This document shows, piece after piece, positions 1-12,236 of a DNA stretch of 64,000 bases. The DNA is from an uncultured Clostridia bacterium (GTDB lineage: Bacteria > Bacillota > Clostridia > Christensenellales > UBA1242): NCBI GenBank assembly GCA_934747885.1, contig CAKVHE010000001.1:5424-69423 (forward strand), read 5' to 3'. The number at the start of each line of letters is the position of its first letter. The first letter of the stretch is position 1. A program made the translations under genes and the position numbers. The notes beneath the pieces are model-generated. The model had not been told where the DNA came from and did no database searches. It saw only the letters and a program-made list of their open reading frames with translations.

Positions 1-115
1 TAACAACGCTGTCGCCACAAGCAACCGTACAGTTGCCGTTTGCTAGTCCGGCAACTTTGCCGGTTTCGACGGTAAGAGTTTTGCCATCGAGTTCTAATGT
101 GAATACATTTGACAT
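1..115 (-). CDS. pnp: polynucleotide phosphorylase (PNPase), N-terminal fragment; continues beyond window start
   Basis: Reverse ATG at 113-115 reads MSNVFTLELDGKTLTVETGKVAGLANG, a PNPase-like N-terminus. AAGGAG lies 7 nt upstream. Classic rpsO-pnp order. Confidence 0.8.
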   Translation of the reverse strand, partial: MSNVFTLELDGKTLTVETGKVAGLANGNCTVACGDSVV

Positions 116-144
116 AAATTTTCTCCTTTAAATTGATTTAAGTT

Positions 145-190
145 AAAAAAGGAGCGAACGCAAAAACACTCTGTGTTTTCGTTCACCCCT
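145..190 (-). terminator. rpsO-pnp intergenic hairpin plus U-run (terminator/attenuator, likely processing site)
   Basis: Minus sense reads GGGGUGAACGAAAACAC-agag-GUGUUUUUGCGUUCGCUCC followed by UUUUUU. Two G.U pairs work only in minus sense. Confidence 0.7.
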
Positions 191-202
191 TTTATTAAAT
201 TG

Positions 203-466
203 TTATTTTCTGATACCAAGTTTTGCAATTAAGGTACGATAACCTTCTAGGTCTACGCTCTTTAAGTAGTTAAGCATACCTTTTCTGCGACCTACAAGTT
301 GCATAAGACCACGACGTGAGTGATTGTCATTTGGGTGCAACTTTAAGTGTTCGGTTAAGTGATTGATGCGGTTTGTAAGCAGCGCAATTTGAACTTCTGG
401 CGAACCAGTGTCGCCTTCTTTACGTGCGTACGAAGCAATAATCTCAGATTTAACTTCTTTTTCCAT
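203..466 (-). CDS. rpsO: 30S ribosomal protein S15
   Basis: 87 aa with [29 protein letters not shown], the S15 signature. Confidence 0.97.
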   Translation of the reverse strand: MEKEVKSEIIASYARKEGDTGSPEVQIALLTNRINHLTEHLKLHPNDNHSRRGLMQLVGRRKGMLNYLKSVDLEGYRTLIAKLGIRK

Positions 467-557
467 AATTTTCTCCTTTTTAAAATCTTTACGAGTAGCG
501 AAGTAAACGGACAGAGAACCCCAGTAAACTGCGCCAAACTCGCGTTTTTACTTGCAC

Positions 558-586
558 ATTTTAACACACAGGCGTGCGTTTGTCAA
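558..586 (-). promoter_or_regulatory. rpsO promoter; the ~85-nt leader at 467-557 may be an S15 autoregulatory leader
   Basis: Minus sense TTGACA-17 nt-TAAAAT. The leader contains AGTAAA..TTTACT and TTTAC..GTAAA stems upstream of AAAGGAG. Confidence 0.55.
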
Positions 587-591
587 GAGTT

Positions 592-2748
592 TTATTTTCT
601 AAATACCGACAAAACGCCATCAATTGAGCTAAGTTTGTTTATTATTTCTACCACACTGCTTTCGCCCCTTAGATTTAGTTTTAGGGTTAGGTTTGCCATA
701 TTTTTGTTGGTTTGAGCATTAACGCCACTTAAATAAATATCTTTTATGGAACCAATAGTGTTGGTTATGTCCGTAAGCAAGTTGGCTCTATCGGTTGCCA
801 TAATGCAAATGGTAACATTGTAAGTTGGCTGTTTGCCTTCGGCATTTGGCTTGTCGTTCCAGCGCACCTTTATTAGTCTTTCGGCTTCTGCATTGCGAAT
901 GTTTGGACAATCTATGCGGTGCACGGTTATGCCTTTGCCGTGCGATACAAACCCAATAATGTTATCCCCCGGAATTGGGTCACAGCAACGCGCAAGGCGC
1001 ACTAGCACGTCGCTGGCGCCTTTTACCAAAATGTTTGGCGAACTTTGCGAGTGCGTTGAAAGCGCTTTTTGTTTTAATTTTATGCTGTCTTCTTGCTTTA
1101 TTAAACTTAATAGTGTGGTTATTATTTTTACCGCCGAAAGTCCGCCGTAACCAACGCCGGCACACAATTCTTCGTAATCGCTATAACTCAATTTTGCAAG
1201 CAAGCCACTCACCACCTTTGGGTCGGCGGTTAATGTTTCGATTGTGGTGTTGCGGCGACGCGCTTCTAGTTCTAGTAGTTCTTTGCCAATTTTTATGTTT
1301 TCTTCTTTCATGGTGTGCTTGAAGAAGTTTCTAATACGGTTGCGCGCCGAACTGGTCTGACAAATTTTTAACCAATCTCGCGATGGTCCCTTGCTGGCTT
1401 GGCTGGTGATTATTTCTACAATATCGCCCGTGGCAAGTTTGGTAGAAAGCGGCACCATCTTCCCATTTACTTTGGCGCCAACGCACTTGTTGCCGAGATC
1501 TGAGTGAATGCAATAAGCAAAATCTATTGGTGTGGACTTTTCGGGCAATTGAATAACCTTATATTTTGGCGTAAATACAAATATTTCGCTAGAATAAAAG
1601 TCCGATTTTGCCATAGAAATAAACTCGCTACTATCTGCCGTTTCGCGGTTTTCTTCCATTAGTTGGCGCAAAAAGTTTAGTTTGGTATCAAAGTCGGTGA
1701 TTTTTTCGTTTTTATGCTTGTATTTCCAGTGAGCAGCAATACCATACTCGCACACTTTGTGCATTTCTTTGGTGCGAATTTGAATTTCAAACGGAATGCC
1801 TTCGTCGGTTAATAGTGTGGTATGAAGAGACTGATAGCCGTTTGGTTTTGGCGCGGCAATATAGTCCTTTATTCTGCCCGGAACCGGCTTCCAACGGTTA
1901 TGCACCTCACCAAGCACAACGTAGCAATCTTTTACGGTATTCACAATTACGCGGTGCGCCAAAATATCAAAAATTTGCTCAATACCCTTGGCAATATACT
2001 TTTTATAAATACTGTATTTTCGTTTGTAGCGGCTGGTGACTATACCATCAATACCAAGGTCTACAAGCATCTGTTTTAGTTCGGCGTTTACTTTGTCTAG
2101 GTCTTTTTGGCGCTTGGCATAAGTTTCGTTTAGTTTGTTTGTTACCTCTTCGTATTCGGCTGGGTGCAAATACATAAAGCAAAGGTCTTCCATTTCACCT
2201 TTTATGGTGCTAAGGCCAAGTCTTTCGGCAATTGGAACGTAGATATCAAAGGTGTCCATCGCCTTGCGAATTTGACGGTCTTTGCTTACGGCGCGCAAAG
2301 TGCGCATATTATGCAAGCGGTCGGCAAGTTTGATAAATATAACGCGAATATCTTTTGCCATTGCCAAAAACATTTTGCGAAGCGACTCGATGTTTTCACT
2401 ACTGGTTGTGCTTTTGTAACGCAAAGATTTTACTCTGCTTACCCCGTTTACAAGTTCGGCAATTTCGGCGCCAAATTCTTTTTTTAGTTCCGAAAATTTT
2501 GTCGGTGTGTCTTCAAGGCAATCATGCATAAGCCCGGCACAAATGGTTGGTGCATCTAAGTTGTAGTCCATTAAGATGTTTGCCACGGCAATTGGGTGAA
2601 TTAAATATGGTTCGCCACTATCTCGTGTTTGCCCGTCGTGCATTGAATGCGCAAACTGCAACGCGCGAGTTATTAGTGCTTCGTCTTCGGCGCTATAATT
2701 TTCGTGCACGCGCTTTAATAGTTCCTGTTCTTGCTCTTTTAAGTCCAT
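592..2748 (-). CDS. relA: bifunctional (p)ppGpp synthetase/hydrolase, RelA/SpoT family
   Basis: 718 aa. HD hydrolase motif (HDCLEDT), RelA_SpoT synthetase core, TGS and C-terminal ACT-like region. Confidence 0.95.
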   Translation of the reverse strand: MDLKEQEQELLKRVHENYSAEDEALITRALQFAHSMHDGQTRDSGEPYLIHPIAVANILMDYNLDAPTICAGLMHDCLEDTPTKFSELKKEFGAEIAELVNGVSRVKSLRYKSTTSSENIESLRKMFLAMAKDIRVIFIKLADRLHNMRTLRAVSKDRQIRKAMDTFDIYVPIAERLGLSTIKGEMEDLCFMYLHPAEYEEVTNKLNETYAKRQKDLDKVNAELKQMLVDLGIDGIVTSRYKRKYSIYKKYIAKGIEQIFDILAHRVIVNTVKDCYVVLGEVHNRWKPVPGRIKDYIAAPKPNGYQSLHTTLLTDEGIPFEIQIRTKEMHKVCEYGIAAHWKYKHKNEKITDFDTKLNFLRQLMEENRETADSSEFISMAKSDFYSSEIFVFTPKYKVIQLPEKSTPIDFAYCIHSDLGNKCVGAKVNGKMVPLSTKLATGDIVEIITSQASKGPSRDWLKICQTSSARNRIRNFFKHTMKEENIKIGKELLELEARRRNTTIETLTADPKVVSGLLAKLSYSDYEELCAGVGYGGLSAVKIITTLLSLIKQEDSIKLKQKALSTHSQSSPNILVKGASDVLVRLARCCDPIPGDNIIGFVSHGKGITVHRIDCPNIRNAEAERLIKVRWNDKPNAEGKQPTYNVTICIMATDRANLLTDITNTIGSIKDIYLSGVNAQTNKNMANLTLKLNLRGESSVVEIINKLSSIDGVLSVFRK

Positions 2749-2752
2749 AATT

Positions 2753-4987
2753 TTACCCTCTGTTTGTTAAATTTAATATTTGGCTTGATGACAAATCTTT
2801 TTTGGTCTTTATGTCCGCCACGCTCAGCGTTTCGTTTTCCCACTTAAAAAACCCAAGTTCTATGCAAGCGAGAACTGCCACAAATATTTTTTGTTTGTCC
2901 AAATTTTTGAGTTTAGCGGATAGTTTGCTCACCACCTCATAAAGCGTGTTGCCCGAAAATGGCAAAAGTTTTTTAAGTTCTACAAAAATTCCGGCAAATT
3001 CAGTGCGGTTTAGTTGGACATCTATTTCCTTTTTGCCAGCACGCGCAAAAACCACTCTATTTTTGGCGCAAAATTGGTTTGCGGTAAGCAAACTGTCTAG
3101 CACAATCACCGTCGAATAAAGGGCAATATTTGCGCTCTCTATGGCGCTTAGGTCGGTTAGCACAATGCTTTTGCCCGAAGATGGCAAAATTGGCGATGCG
3201 GTTAGATTGTATTTGTCGGTTAGTTCTAACGCCGCTTGTTTGCTTTGCGCCAAAACTAACACCCCATATTTTTGCGTTAATAGTTCTTGCAATTCTTCTA
3301 CGCTAACATAAGTTTTTGCCGCATTTGAGGCCATGTTGGTTGCATTTGCCAAACTCTCAAACATATAGGCGTCTTCGTTTACTTCAAATTCGGTGCCAGT
3401 AGGTTTTATGTCAAGCGCAATGGCTTTTAGTTGAGGTTTGCCCAAGTACTCGTCCTCGGCAAGTTCTACCACCACTTGTGGTTTCCAATTGCCGTCAAAA
3501 ATTGGCAAATATTTCCCGCCGAAAAAGCACATTACTTCTTTGTGCTTGGGGGTAAGCAATTTAAAATGCTTGTAACTTTTTAGCGCCGAAACACTAAAGT
3601 AAGGCGCTTTTAGCAAAAACTTTGGTTTTGGGTTTTGGTGCCCAAAAGGCTCCAACATATTTATTTCTCGCGCAAAGTCTAGATTGATGTAATCTTCGGT
3701 TATTTCCGCATCAAAGTCCATAGGCTTTTCAAACGAACCAGTAAGCAAAAATTCTTTAGCGCTTTGCATTACGGTGCTTTTAAAGGCCTCATACTTGCCC
3801 TTTTCGATGGTAAGTCCGCCAGCAAGGGCGTGACCACCAACATCAATAGTAAGGTCTTTATTCTTGTTTAAAATGTTAAAGATATCAAAACCTTCCACAC
3901 TACGCACTGAACCTTTTAATCTGCCGTTTTCGTCTTCGGCAAAAACAAATACCGGACGGTTGTAGTTTCCGCATAACTTGGACGCAACGATGCCAATTAA
4001 ACCAAGGTTTAGTTTTTCTTTTTTTAAAAAGATAATTGGCTCGGCGTTTATATCTAGGTTTGCCTCCACCCCGCTAGCATAAACTTCGTTTAGTTGTTTT
4101 AATCTTTCGTCGTTGTCGGCTTCAATTTCGGCAAATTTTTCGTCCAAAATTTGCGGGTCGGTTGCCGTCAAATATTCAAAACATTTGTAGGCGCTGGACA
4201 TTCTACCACTTGCATTTATGCGTGGCACAATTTTGAAAGATACATCGGTGGAATTTAATGTTTTTAGCCCCAATTTCTTTTTTAAATGCGCAATTGATGG
4301 ACGCGGGTTTTTGCCGTTTATGGCGTCTAGTCCAAATTTGGTTATTACTCGGTTTTCGTCCAAAAGAGGGACTATATCACCTATGGTAGATATGGCGCAA
4401 ATATCCAAATATTTTATTGCTTCACGCCTACCTGCTAGCGCTTCTACCACTTTTAAGGCAACACCTGCCCCCGAAAGCCCGTCAAAGCCGTATTCTTGCC
4501 CCTTTTGTTTTGGGTCAACGACAATACATTCAGGCGCCTCGTCAGGTACTTCGTGGTGATCGGTAACAATAACATCCACGCCAAGTTCTTGCAAAAGTTC
4601 TACCTCGGCGCGCGCAGAAATTCCGGTGTCAACCGTTATAACTAGGTCGGGCATAAATTCTTCAACCAGTTTTTCGACGGTATCGGTGGATAGCCCATAG
4701 CCATCGGTATGGCGCGACGGAATAAACACAATTGGTTCTAGTCCTTGGCTTTTTAGGTATAAATAAAGTATGCTGACAGAGCAAACTCCGTCAGCATCAT
4801 AATCGCCATAAATAACGATAGTTTCGTGGTTTTTTATTGCGCTTTGTATGCGCTCTTTGGCTGACCGCATTCCACTAAGGAGCATTGGATCTCGCATATC
4901 GTCTAGTGACGGATGCAGAAATTTGTCCACTTGCGCCTTGGTGGTTATGCCGCGACGAGCCAAAATTTCTTCTACTATTTTGTTCAT
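2753..4987 (-). CDS. recJ: single-stranded-DNA-specific exonuclease RecJ
   Basis: DHH motifs (GDYDADGV, VTDHHE) and a DHHA1 region. ATG at 4987 follows GAGG. The ORF also opens at TTG 4996, right after the secF stop. Confidence 0.9.
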   Translation of the reverse strand: MNKIVEEILARRGITTKAQVDKFLHPSLDDMRDPMLLSGMRSAKERIQSAIKNHETIVIYGDYDADGVCSVSILYLYLKSQGLEPIVFIPSRHTDGYGLSTDTVEKLVEEFMPDLVITVDTGISARAEVELLQELGVDVIVTDHHEVPDEAPECIVVDPKQKGQEYGFDGLSGAGVALKVVEALAGRREAIKYLDICAISTIGDIVPLLDENRVITKFGLDAINGKNPRPSIAHLKKKLGLKTLNSTDVSFKIVPRINASGRMSSAYKCFEYLTATDPQILDEKFAEIEADNDERLKQLNEVYASGVEANLDINAEPIIFLKKEKLNLGLIGIVASKLCGNYNRPVFVFAEDENGRLKGSVRSVEGFDIFNILNKNKDLTIDVGGHALAGGLTIEKGKYEAFKSTVMQSAKEFLLTGSFEKPMDFDAEITEDYINLDFAREINMLEPFGHQNPKPKFLLKAPYFSVSALKSYKHFKLLTPKHKEVMCFFGGKYLPIFDGNWKPQVVVELAEDEYLGKPQLKAIALDIKPTGTEFEVNEDAYMFESLANATNMASNAAKTYVSVEELQELLTQKYGVLVLAQSKQAALELTDKYNLTASPILPSSGKSIVLTDLSAIESANIALYSTVIVLDSLLTANQFCAKNRVVFARAGKKEIDVQLNRTEFAGIFVELKKLLPFSGNTLYEVVSKLSAKLKNLDKQKIFVAVLACIELGFFKWENETLSVADIKTKKDLSSSQILNLTNRG

Positions 4988-4996
4988 AAACCTCAA

Positions 4997-5920
4997 TTAT
5001 TTTGATGCCGTTTTGTTGCGACTCATAACTGCTTTTTGTTTTGCCGCTTTGGTGTTAAGCAATGTTACATACAATGGCAAATCTACAGCAATTAGCATTA
5101 CCGCCGATACAACAACCGAAATAATGCCTGCAAAACCTGCCATCATTAAAGCGCGGTTGCCAAGAATTGCAAAAATTGCAAACATCACAAGCAATACCAA
5201 ATTGCCAGCAAGATATAGCCATTTGTTACCAAATGTTACGCGGTTTAGTGCGTCGGTAAATGAAACATTTTCCGCGTCTACTATGTTTTCGGCACGCAAA
5301 CGACAAAATTCAAAAATTACAAATTTTGCCAAAGCAAATATCATTGGAAGATACAAAATGGTTATTGAAAGTTCTATGCGAGTAATTGCAACCAAACTTA
5401 CGCAGGCTAGCATATCGGCAACAAAACCAACTAGCAAAGTAACTGCAAGTGGCGTGCCCTTGCGAATGGCACCAAACACAAATAGACCAAGTGCAACCAC
5501 TGCCAAAATTACAACTGACAAAGTCATTTTGTTGTAACTATACGAATGGCTAAATGAATTGATGTCGATAAGTGCTTCAGTGATGCCAGCCTTTTCAGCA
5601 ATGGCGGTTTTTAGCGCTTGTACGTCAACTTGTTTTGCCTTGAACTTTATTACAACGCTATCACTAGCGGTTGAACGTTCGAGTTCAGCAGAAACAATTT
5701 TGTAACCTTTTGAGGTAATTGCCTCACTGGTTTTTTCTTTTAAATTTTGGTATTCCGATGGTTCTACAAAAGTTACTTTTGCATAGTATCCACCACCAAG
5801 TTCTACCGATTTGTTAAAGTTAAGCACGCCAACAACCACGCTGCCAGCCAAGATTATGGCTGCGATAATGGTTATTGCATATTTAAAGATTTTTGCACTG
5901 CTACTAAAAAAGTTTTTCAT
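4997..5920 (-). CDS. secF: protein translocase subunit SecF
   Basis: 307 aa, N-terminal TM segment, periplasmic loop and a 5-TM C-terminal half. Directly downstream of secD. Confidence 0.88.
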   Translation of the reverse strand: MKNFFSSSAKIFKYAITIIAAIILAGSVVVGVLNFNKSVELGGGYYAKVTFVEPSEYQNLKEKTSEAITSKGYKIVSAELERSTASDSVVIKFKAKQVDVQALKTAIAEKAGITEALIDINSFSHSYSYNKMTLSVVILAVVALGLFVFGAIRKGTPLAVTLLVGFVADMLACVSLVAITRIELSITILYLPMIFALAKFVIFEFCRLRAENIVDAENVSFTDALNRVTFGNKWLYLAGNLVLLVMFAIFAILGNRALMMAGFAGIISVVVSAVMLIAVDLPLYVTLLNTKAAKQKAVMSRNKTASK

Positions 5921-5932
5921 ATCTACACCCCC

Positions 5933-7270
5933 TTACGCCCTTTTTATTCCAAAAAGAGTTTCTTTTTGGGCATTTAGACTAAAATACAACTTTAAGAGCA
6001 AATGATTTATTAGCATTGTGCCGGCAAGTTCTAGCAGCGATAATACTATAATTACCATACCAATAGAACCAATTGCACCAGTGCCAATTACCGCCAAAAT
6101 AAAGCCAACTGCGGTAAGCATTAGGGTTATTTCTAGCACAATTGCTTTTGAACCAGCATAGCCGTCGGCAATTGATGTTGCAATTGATTTGCCATACAAA
6201 TAATTTGCCTTTATGTGACTAAACACAACCGAATTTAGTGCATATCCAAGAGGAAGCAATAGCATTACTAGCACAAAGGTGCTTACGCCAAATTGTACCC
6301 AAGGCAAAAGTTGGAACAAAAATAATGCAACAAAAGTAATAAACAAATTTGAAACTAGACTAAGCACACCATACATTTTTTGTTTGATGATGGTTAGCAC
6401 TACTACTGCGATGTAAATCACCGCCAAACTAATTGTTAAAATTGAAAGCGCTGGATAGCTTACTATTTGTTTTATTAGTGAGCAAGTTGTTCCACTAGTA
6501 ACGGCTCTTGCATCAGCTTTTGTTTCGGTAAATACAACGCTAGCGCCATTTAGGTTGATTGGGTTTGCACCGGCTATCATTGTTAAATAATAATTATCAA
6601 TAACGTCGGTTGAATTAAACCAAAGGTTAAGTTTGGTTGTGTTGTTTGGGTTGGTGTTTGCAGGAATAGTGTTATAGCTGCTGTTTGGCCATTTTTCACC
6701 GTCTACAAACATATAAAGTTCTTGACCCAAAGCCTTGCCGTATAGGTCACTGCCGGCTTTTGTAAACTCAATTTCTAGGCCATAGTTGCCACGGTAGTCA
6801 ATTTTGGTGATTTTTTTGATGTGTTTACCGGTAATAACAACGACAGTTTCGGAACTTTCTGCCCCAGCATCGTTGGTGTTTTTGATTACAAATGGTCCCG
6901 AGCCAATGGTTTGCAAAAATGATTGCGCCTTGGTTTGATCTTCACTGGTTAATGGTTTTGAAATGTCAATACGCAATTGGTTGTCACTAACTTTGTAAAT
7001 ATTGGCATCGTGATAGCCTTGGTTTTCGAGAAGTTTGCCAAGTAGTTTGATGCCTTCTTTGGTTTCGGCCTCGGTTACTTCATTTTTGATAGTATAAGTT
7101 GCCGACAAAGTGTCGCTTACTTCACTAGAAAGCGAAACGGCTTTAAAAAAGGACTCGTATCTGTAGGAGCCAAATTTCATTGGCACAAAGGACATTACGC
7201 ATAAAAGCGCAAAGACCACTCCAAAAACTACGAATCCAATAATTGATTTTGTTTTTGATAATTCTTTCAT
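5933..7270 (-). CDS. secD: protein translocase subunit SecD
   Basis: Start taken at MKELSKTK (7270). N-terminal TM, large extracytoplasmic domain, C-terminal multi-TM block. secD-secF order. Confidence 0.88.
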   Translation of the reverse strand: MKELSKTKSIIGFVVFGVVFALLCVMSFVPMKFGSYRYESFFKAVSLSSEVSDTLSATYTIKNEVTEAETKEGIKLLGKLLENQGYHDANIYKVSDNQLRIDISKPLTSEDQTKAQSFLQTIGSGPFVIKNTNDAGAESSETVVVITGKHIKKITKIDYRGNYGLEIEFTKAGSDLYGKALGQELYMFVDGEKWPNSSYNTIPANTNPNNTTKLNLWFNSTDVIDNYYLTMIAGANPINLNGASVVFTETKADARAVTSGTTCSLIKQIVSYPALSILTISLAVIYIAVVVLTIIKQKMYGVLSLVSNLFITFVALFLFQLLPWVQFGVSTFVLVMLLLPLGYALNSVVFSHIKANYLYGKSIATSIADGYAGSKAIVLEITLMLTAVGFILAVIGTGAIGSIGMVIIVLSLLELAGTMLINHLLLKLYFSLNAQKETLFGIKRA

Positions 7271-7360
7271 TATGCCCCACCTTAAATTTTGTGTAAAATA
7301 ATTATATAACAAATTATTGTCACAGGTCAAGGCTTTTTTACTTCAATTGCTTTAATTTAT

Positions 7361-7768
7361 TTAATTTTTGCCTAGGTTTACAAAAATTACGCCCAAAATT
7401 GCACCGCTAATTATTCCTAGCAAAAAGTCCCACAAAAACTTTATGCTTACGGCAAACGAGCCAAGTAAAATTGAAAAAATTATATACGAAATAACTATAT
7501 AAAACACGCCAATAGTCACACCCGTTTTTATGCCATTTTTGCCCGAGCGTGTGGCATAAAAAATACCCACTGCAAGCGAGATAATTTTTATGGCTATGTT
7601 AACCGGTGCAATTACCGCATCGCTCCACTTAAGCCACTTGATTAAAAGCGCAAACAAAAGTATTAGGCAAAGTGACGCCAAAAGTGAAATAATTACTCCG
7701 TTTGCTATGGTTATTATACCCTTTTTACCTTCTGTAGTTTGAGCGTTTGCGTTCATATCTTTTTGCAC
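7361..7768 (-). CDS. small 4-TM membrane protein of unknown function (possibly TIGR04086/YrzE-like)
   Basis: 135 aa, four hydrophobic helices, located between yajC and secD as in many Firmicutes. Family assignment is from memory only. Confidence 0.45.
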   Translation of the reverse strand: MQKDMNANAQTTEGKKGIITIANGVIISLLASLCLILLFALLIKWLKWSDAVIAPVNIAIKIISLAVGIFYATRSGKNGIKTGVTIGVFYIVISYIIFSILLGSFAVSIKFLWDFLLGIISGAILGVIFVNLGKN

Positions 7769-7819
7769 CTCTATTATTTTTACTATTAAAGGTTATGCAA
7801 GCGCCGCTCAAGGTATGAC

Positions 7820-7849
7820 AAAAGCCACAAAGAAACCTTTGTGGCTTTT
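7820..7849 (-). terminator. intrinsic terminator after yajC
   Basis: AAAAGCCACAAAG-gttt-CTTTGTGGCTTTT, a perfect 13-bp stem. Confidence 0.6.
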
Positions 7850-7859
7850 GGGGTTTAAT

Positions 7860-8333
7860 TTATTTTTTGTTTTTCTTTTTGGTGCCAGTTTTTGCGGTTG
7901 GTTTTGCTTCGGCTTTTTCTTCTGCTGGTTTTTCGGCTTCGTCCGTTAGTTCAACCTCTTCTGGTTTGTCCTCAGTGGTTTCGGCTTTTGGTGACGTGGT
8001 GTCTGCAACTGCAACTTGGTTGTCGTTTACTACCACACCAGCAATTGCGTTGATATGAAATTCCATATAAGACTTTTTGTCTTTGTCACCGGTTTCAAGC
8101 ACAATAGATTTGTAGCCTTCTTTGTTGTCTTTTATTCTAACAATTCTTCCTACAATACCACCTACGGTTTGAACCTTGGTGCCAGCTTTTAGGGTGTCTT
8201 GCATTGCTTGATATTCTTTAAGTTGTTTTTTGCGTTGGAACATTGGCAAAACCAACATTGCAACTAATAATACGCCCAAAACCACAATCATAATAATGTT
8301 GCCAGTTTGGGTTTGTAATAATAAATTGGTCAT
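7860..8333 (-). CDS. yajC: preprotein translocase subunit YajC with a ~55-aa acidic/lysine-rich C-terminal tail
   Basis: One TM segment then QRKKQLKEYQAMQDTLKAGTKVQTVGGIVGRIV (YajC core). The tail is rich in E, K, A, P and T. Confidence 0.9.
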   Translation of the reverse strand: MTNLLLQTQTGNIIMIVVLGVLLVAMLVLPMFQRKKQLKEYQAMQDTLKAGTKVQTVGGIVGRIVRIKDNKEGYKSIVLETGDKDKKSYMEFHINAIAGVVVNDNQVAVADTTSPKAETTEDKPEEVELTDEAEKPAEEKAEAKPTAKTGTKKKNKK

Positions 8334-8413
8334 AATTTTCTCCTATTTGTTTGGTTGGTTATATAGTAACATAACGCCAATAATTTTGGCAAGTGTTATT
8401 TTGTAAACAATTG

Positions 8414-10591
<2,178 letters not shown>

Positions 10592-10592
<1 letters not shown>

Positions 10593-11617
10593 TAGTTATT
10601 CACGCCCCCGGTATAAGGTATATTTAGGTGCTTGTAGGCAGGCTCTAGCGCTATTCGTCCGCGCGGCGTACGTGCAACAAACCCAAGTTGCAAAAGATAT
10701 GGCTCATAAACATCTTCGATGGTTGCCGATTCTTCGCCCGTTATGGCAGCCAAAGTTTCTAGACCTACCGGCCCACCTTTAAAGGTATTTATGATGGTTT
10801 CTAGCACGCGCTTGTCGACAAAGTCTAGACCTAGTTCATCAATCTCCATTTTGTCTAATGCGTGGTCGGCAATATTGCGAGTTATTACCTCTTCACCCAA
10901 AACGTCCGCAAAGTCGCGTACGCGCTTTAAAACGCGGTTGGCAATACGCGGTGTGCCACGGCTACGGCTGGCAATTTCTTCAGCAGCGTCTTCGGTTATC
11001 TTGCACCCAAGCAAGCCTGCACTGCGCTTTACAATTCTGCCAAGTTCTTCTTTGGAATAAAGTTCTAGCCTACACATAACGCCAAAACGATCACGAAGCG
11101 GACTAGATAACATACCCGCTTTGGTGGTAGCACCAATTAACGTAAACTTTGGCAGATTTAGGCGCATACTACGCGCCGAAGGACCCTTGCCAATTACAAA
11201 ATCTAGGCAATAATCTTCCATTGCCGGATACAAAATTTCTTCAACGTTGTGGTTTAGGCGGTGAATTTCATCAATAAACAACACATCATTTTCGTTAAGA
11301 TTGGTCAATATTGCGGCAAGGTCGCCGGCTTTTTCAATTGCGGGACCGCTGGTTAGGCGCAAGTTTACGCCCATTTCGTTGGCAATAACATTAGCAAGGG
11401 TGGTTTTGCCAAGCCCCGGAGGGCCATAAAGCAAAACGTGGTCTAGTGCTTCGCCACGCTTTTTTGCCGCTTTTATATAAACCGACAAATTTTCTTTTAC
11501 CTTTTCTTGCCCAACATATTCCGCCATTGTTTTTGGACGAAGCGACACTTCAGTGTCGATGTCTTCGCTTATCATACTGCTGGAAATAAAACGTTCTTCG
11601 TCGTTTAAATCTTTCAT
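10592..11617 (-). CDS. ruvB: Holliday junction branch migration helicase RuvB
   Basis: LRP....EY.GQ, Walker [16 protein letters not shown], sensor and winged-helix C-terminus. Confidence 0.96.
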
Positions 11618-11626
11618 ACCTGCCCC

Positions 11627-12226
11627 CTATTTTGACATATATGCCAAACTTTTTCTAATAATTTCTTCCGCTTTCATATCTGGTTTTGCTACTGCTTGAA
11701 CAATTTTTAAGGCTTCCGCTTTTATTATGCCAAGACCGACCAAGGCTTCGGCAGCGTCATCCATATCGCTGGTAATTTGCGAGCCCAATCCGCCCAAACT
11801 TGCCCCACTACTAATGGCGGACAAATCACCCATTTTGCCTTTTAGTTCCAAAATGATTTTCTCCGCTGTTTTTTTACCAAGGCCTTTTATAGTGGCAAGG
11901 CTGGCGCTATCGCCAGTGGCAATTGCAATACATACCGAATCTACTTTCATACCCGAAAGCACGGTTATGGCAAGTTTTGGCCCCACGCCAGACACTGTAA
12001 TAAGTTTTAAAAATAAATTTTTTTCGTTGTTGTCGGCAAAGCCAAACAAAGTAATGCCCGTTTCTTGCACGGCTAGATAGGTTGGCACAACCACCTCACC
12101 CGTTTGAGTTTGAAAGTTATACACTGCATTTGCGGTTGCAAACATTTCGTAGCCCACGCCATTGCAATCTATTACTAAATAATTTTCGTTTGCGTCTGCA
12201 ACTTTTCCTCTTAAAAATGATATCAT
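11627..12226 (-). CDS. ruvA: Holliday junction DNA helicase RuvA
   Basis: MISFLRGKV start, HhH pair (LI.VSGVGPK.A, L..I.G.GKKTAE.I). ruvA-ruvB order. Confidence 0.93.
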   Translation of the reverse strand: MISFLRGKVADANENYLVIDCNGVGYEMFATANAVYNFQTQTGEVVVPTYLAVQETGITLFGFADNNEKNLFLKLITVSGVGPKLAITVLSGMKVDSVCIAIATGDSASLATIKGLGKKTAEKIILELKGKMGDLSAISSGASLGGLGSQITSDMDDAAEALVGLGIIKAEALKIVQAVAKPDMKAEEIIRKSLAYMSK

Positions 12227-12236
12227 AATTTACCTA

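Noticed and set aside
4848-5537. Long antisense ORFs opposite real genes (also 17115-17624, 21447-21962, 24504-25070, 37728-38195, 41242-41769, 62303-62821)
   Set aside because: These are shadow ORFs on the strand opposite strongly recognisable genes (secF, rbgA, ftsY, smc, trmH-family, ytxC-like, ftsK). Their translations are low-complexity or Ser/Leu/Phe-rich and they lack SD sequences.
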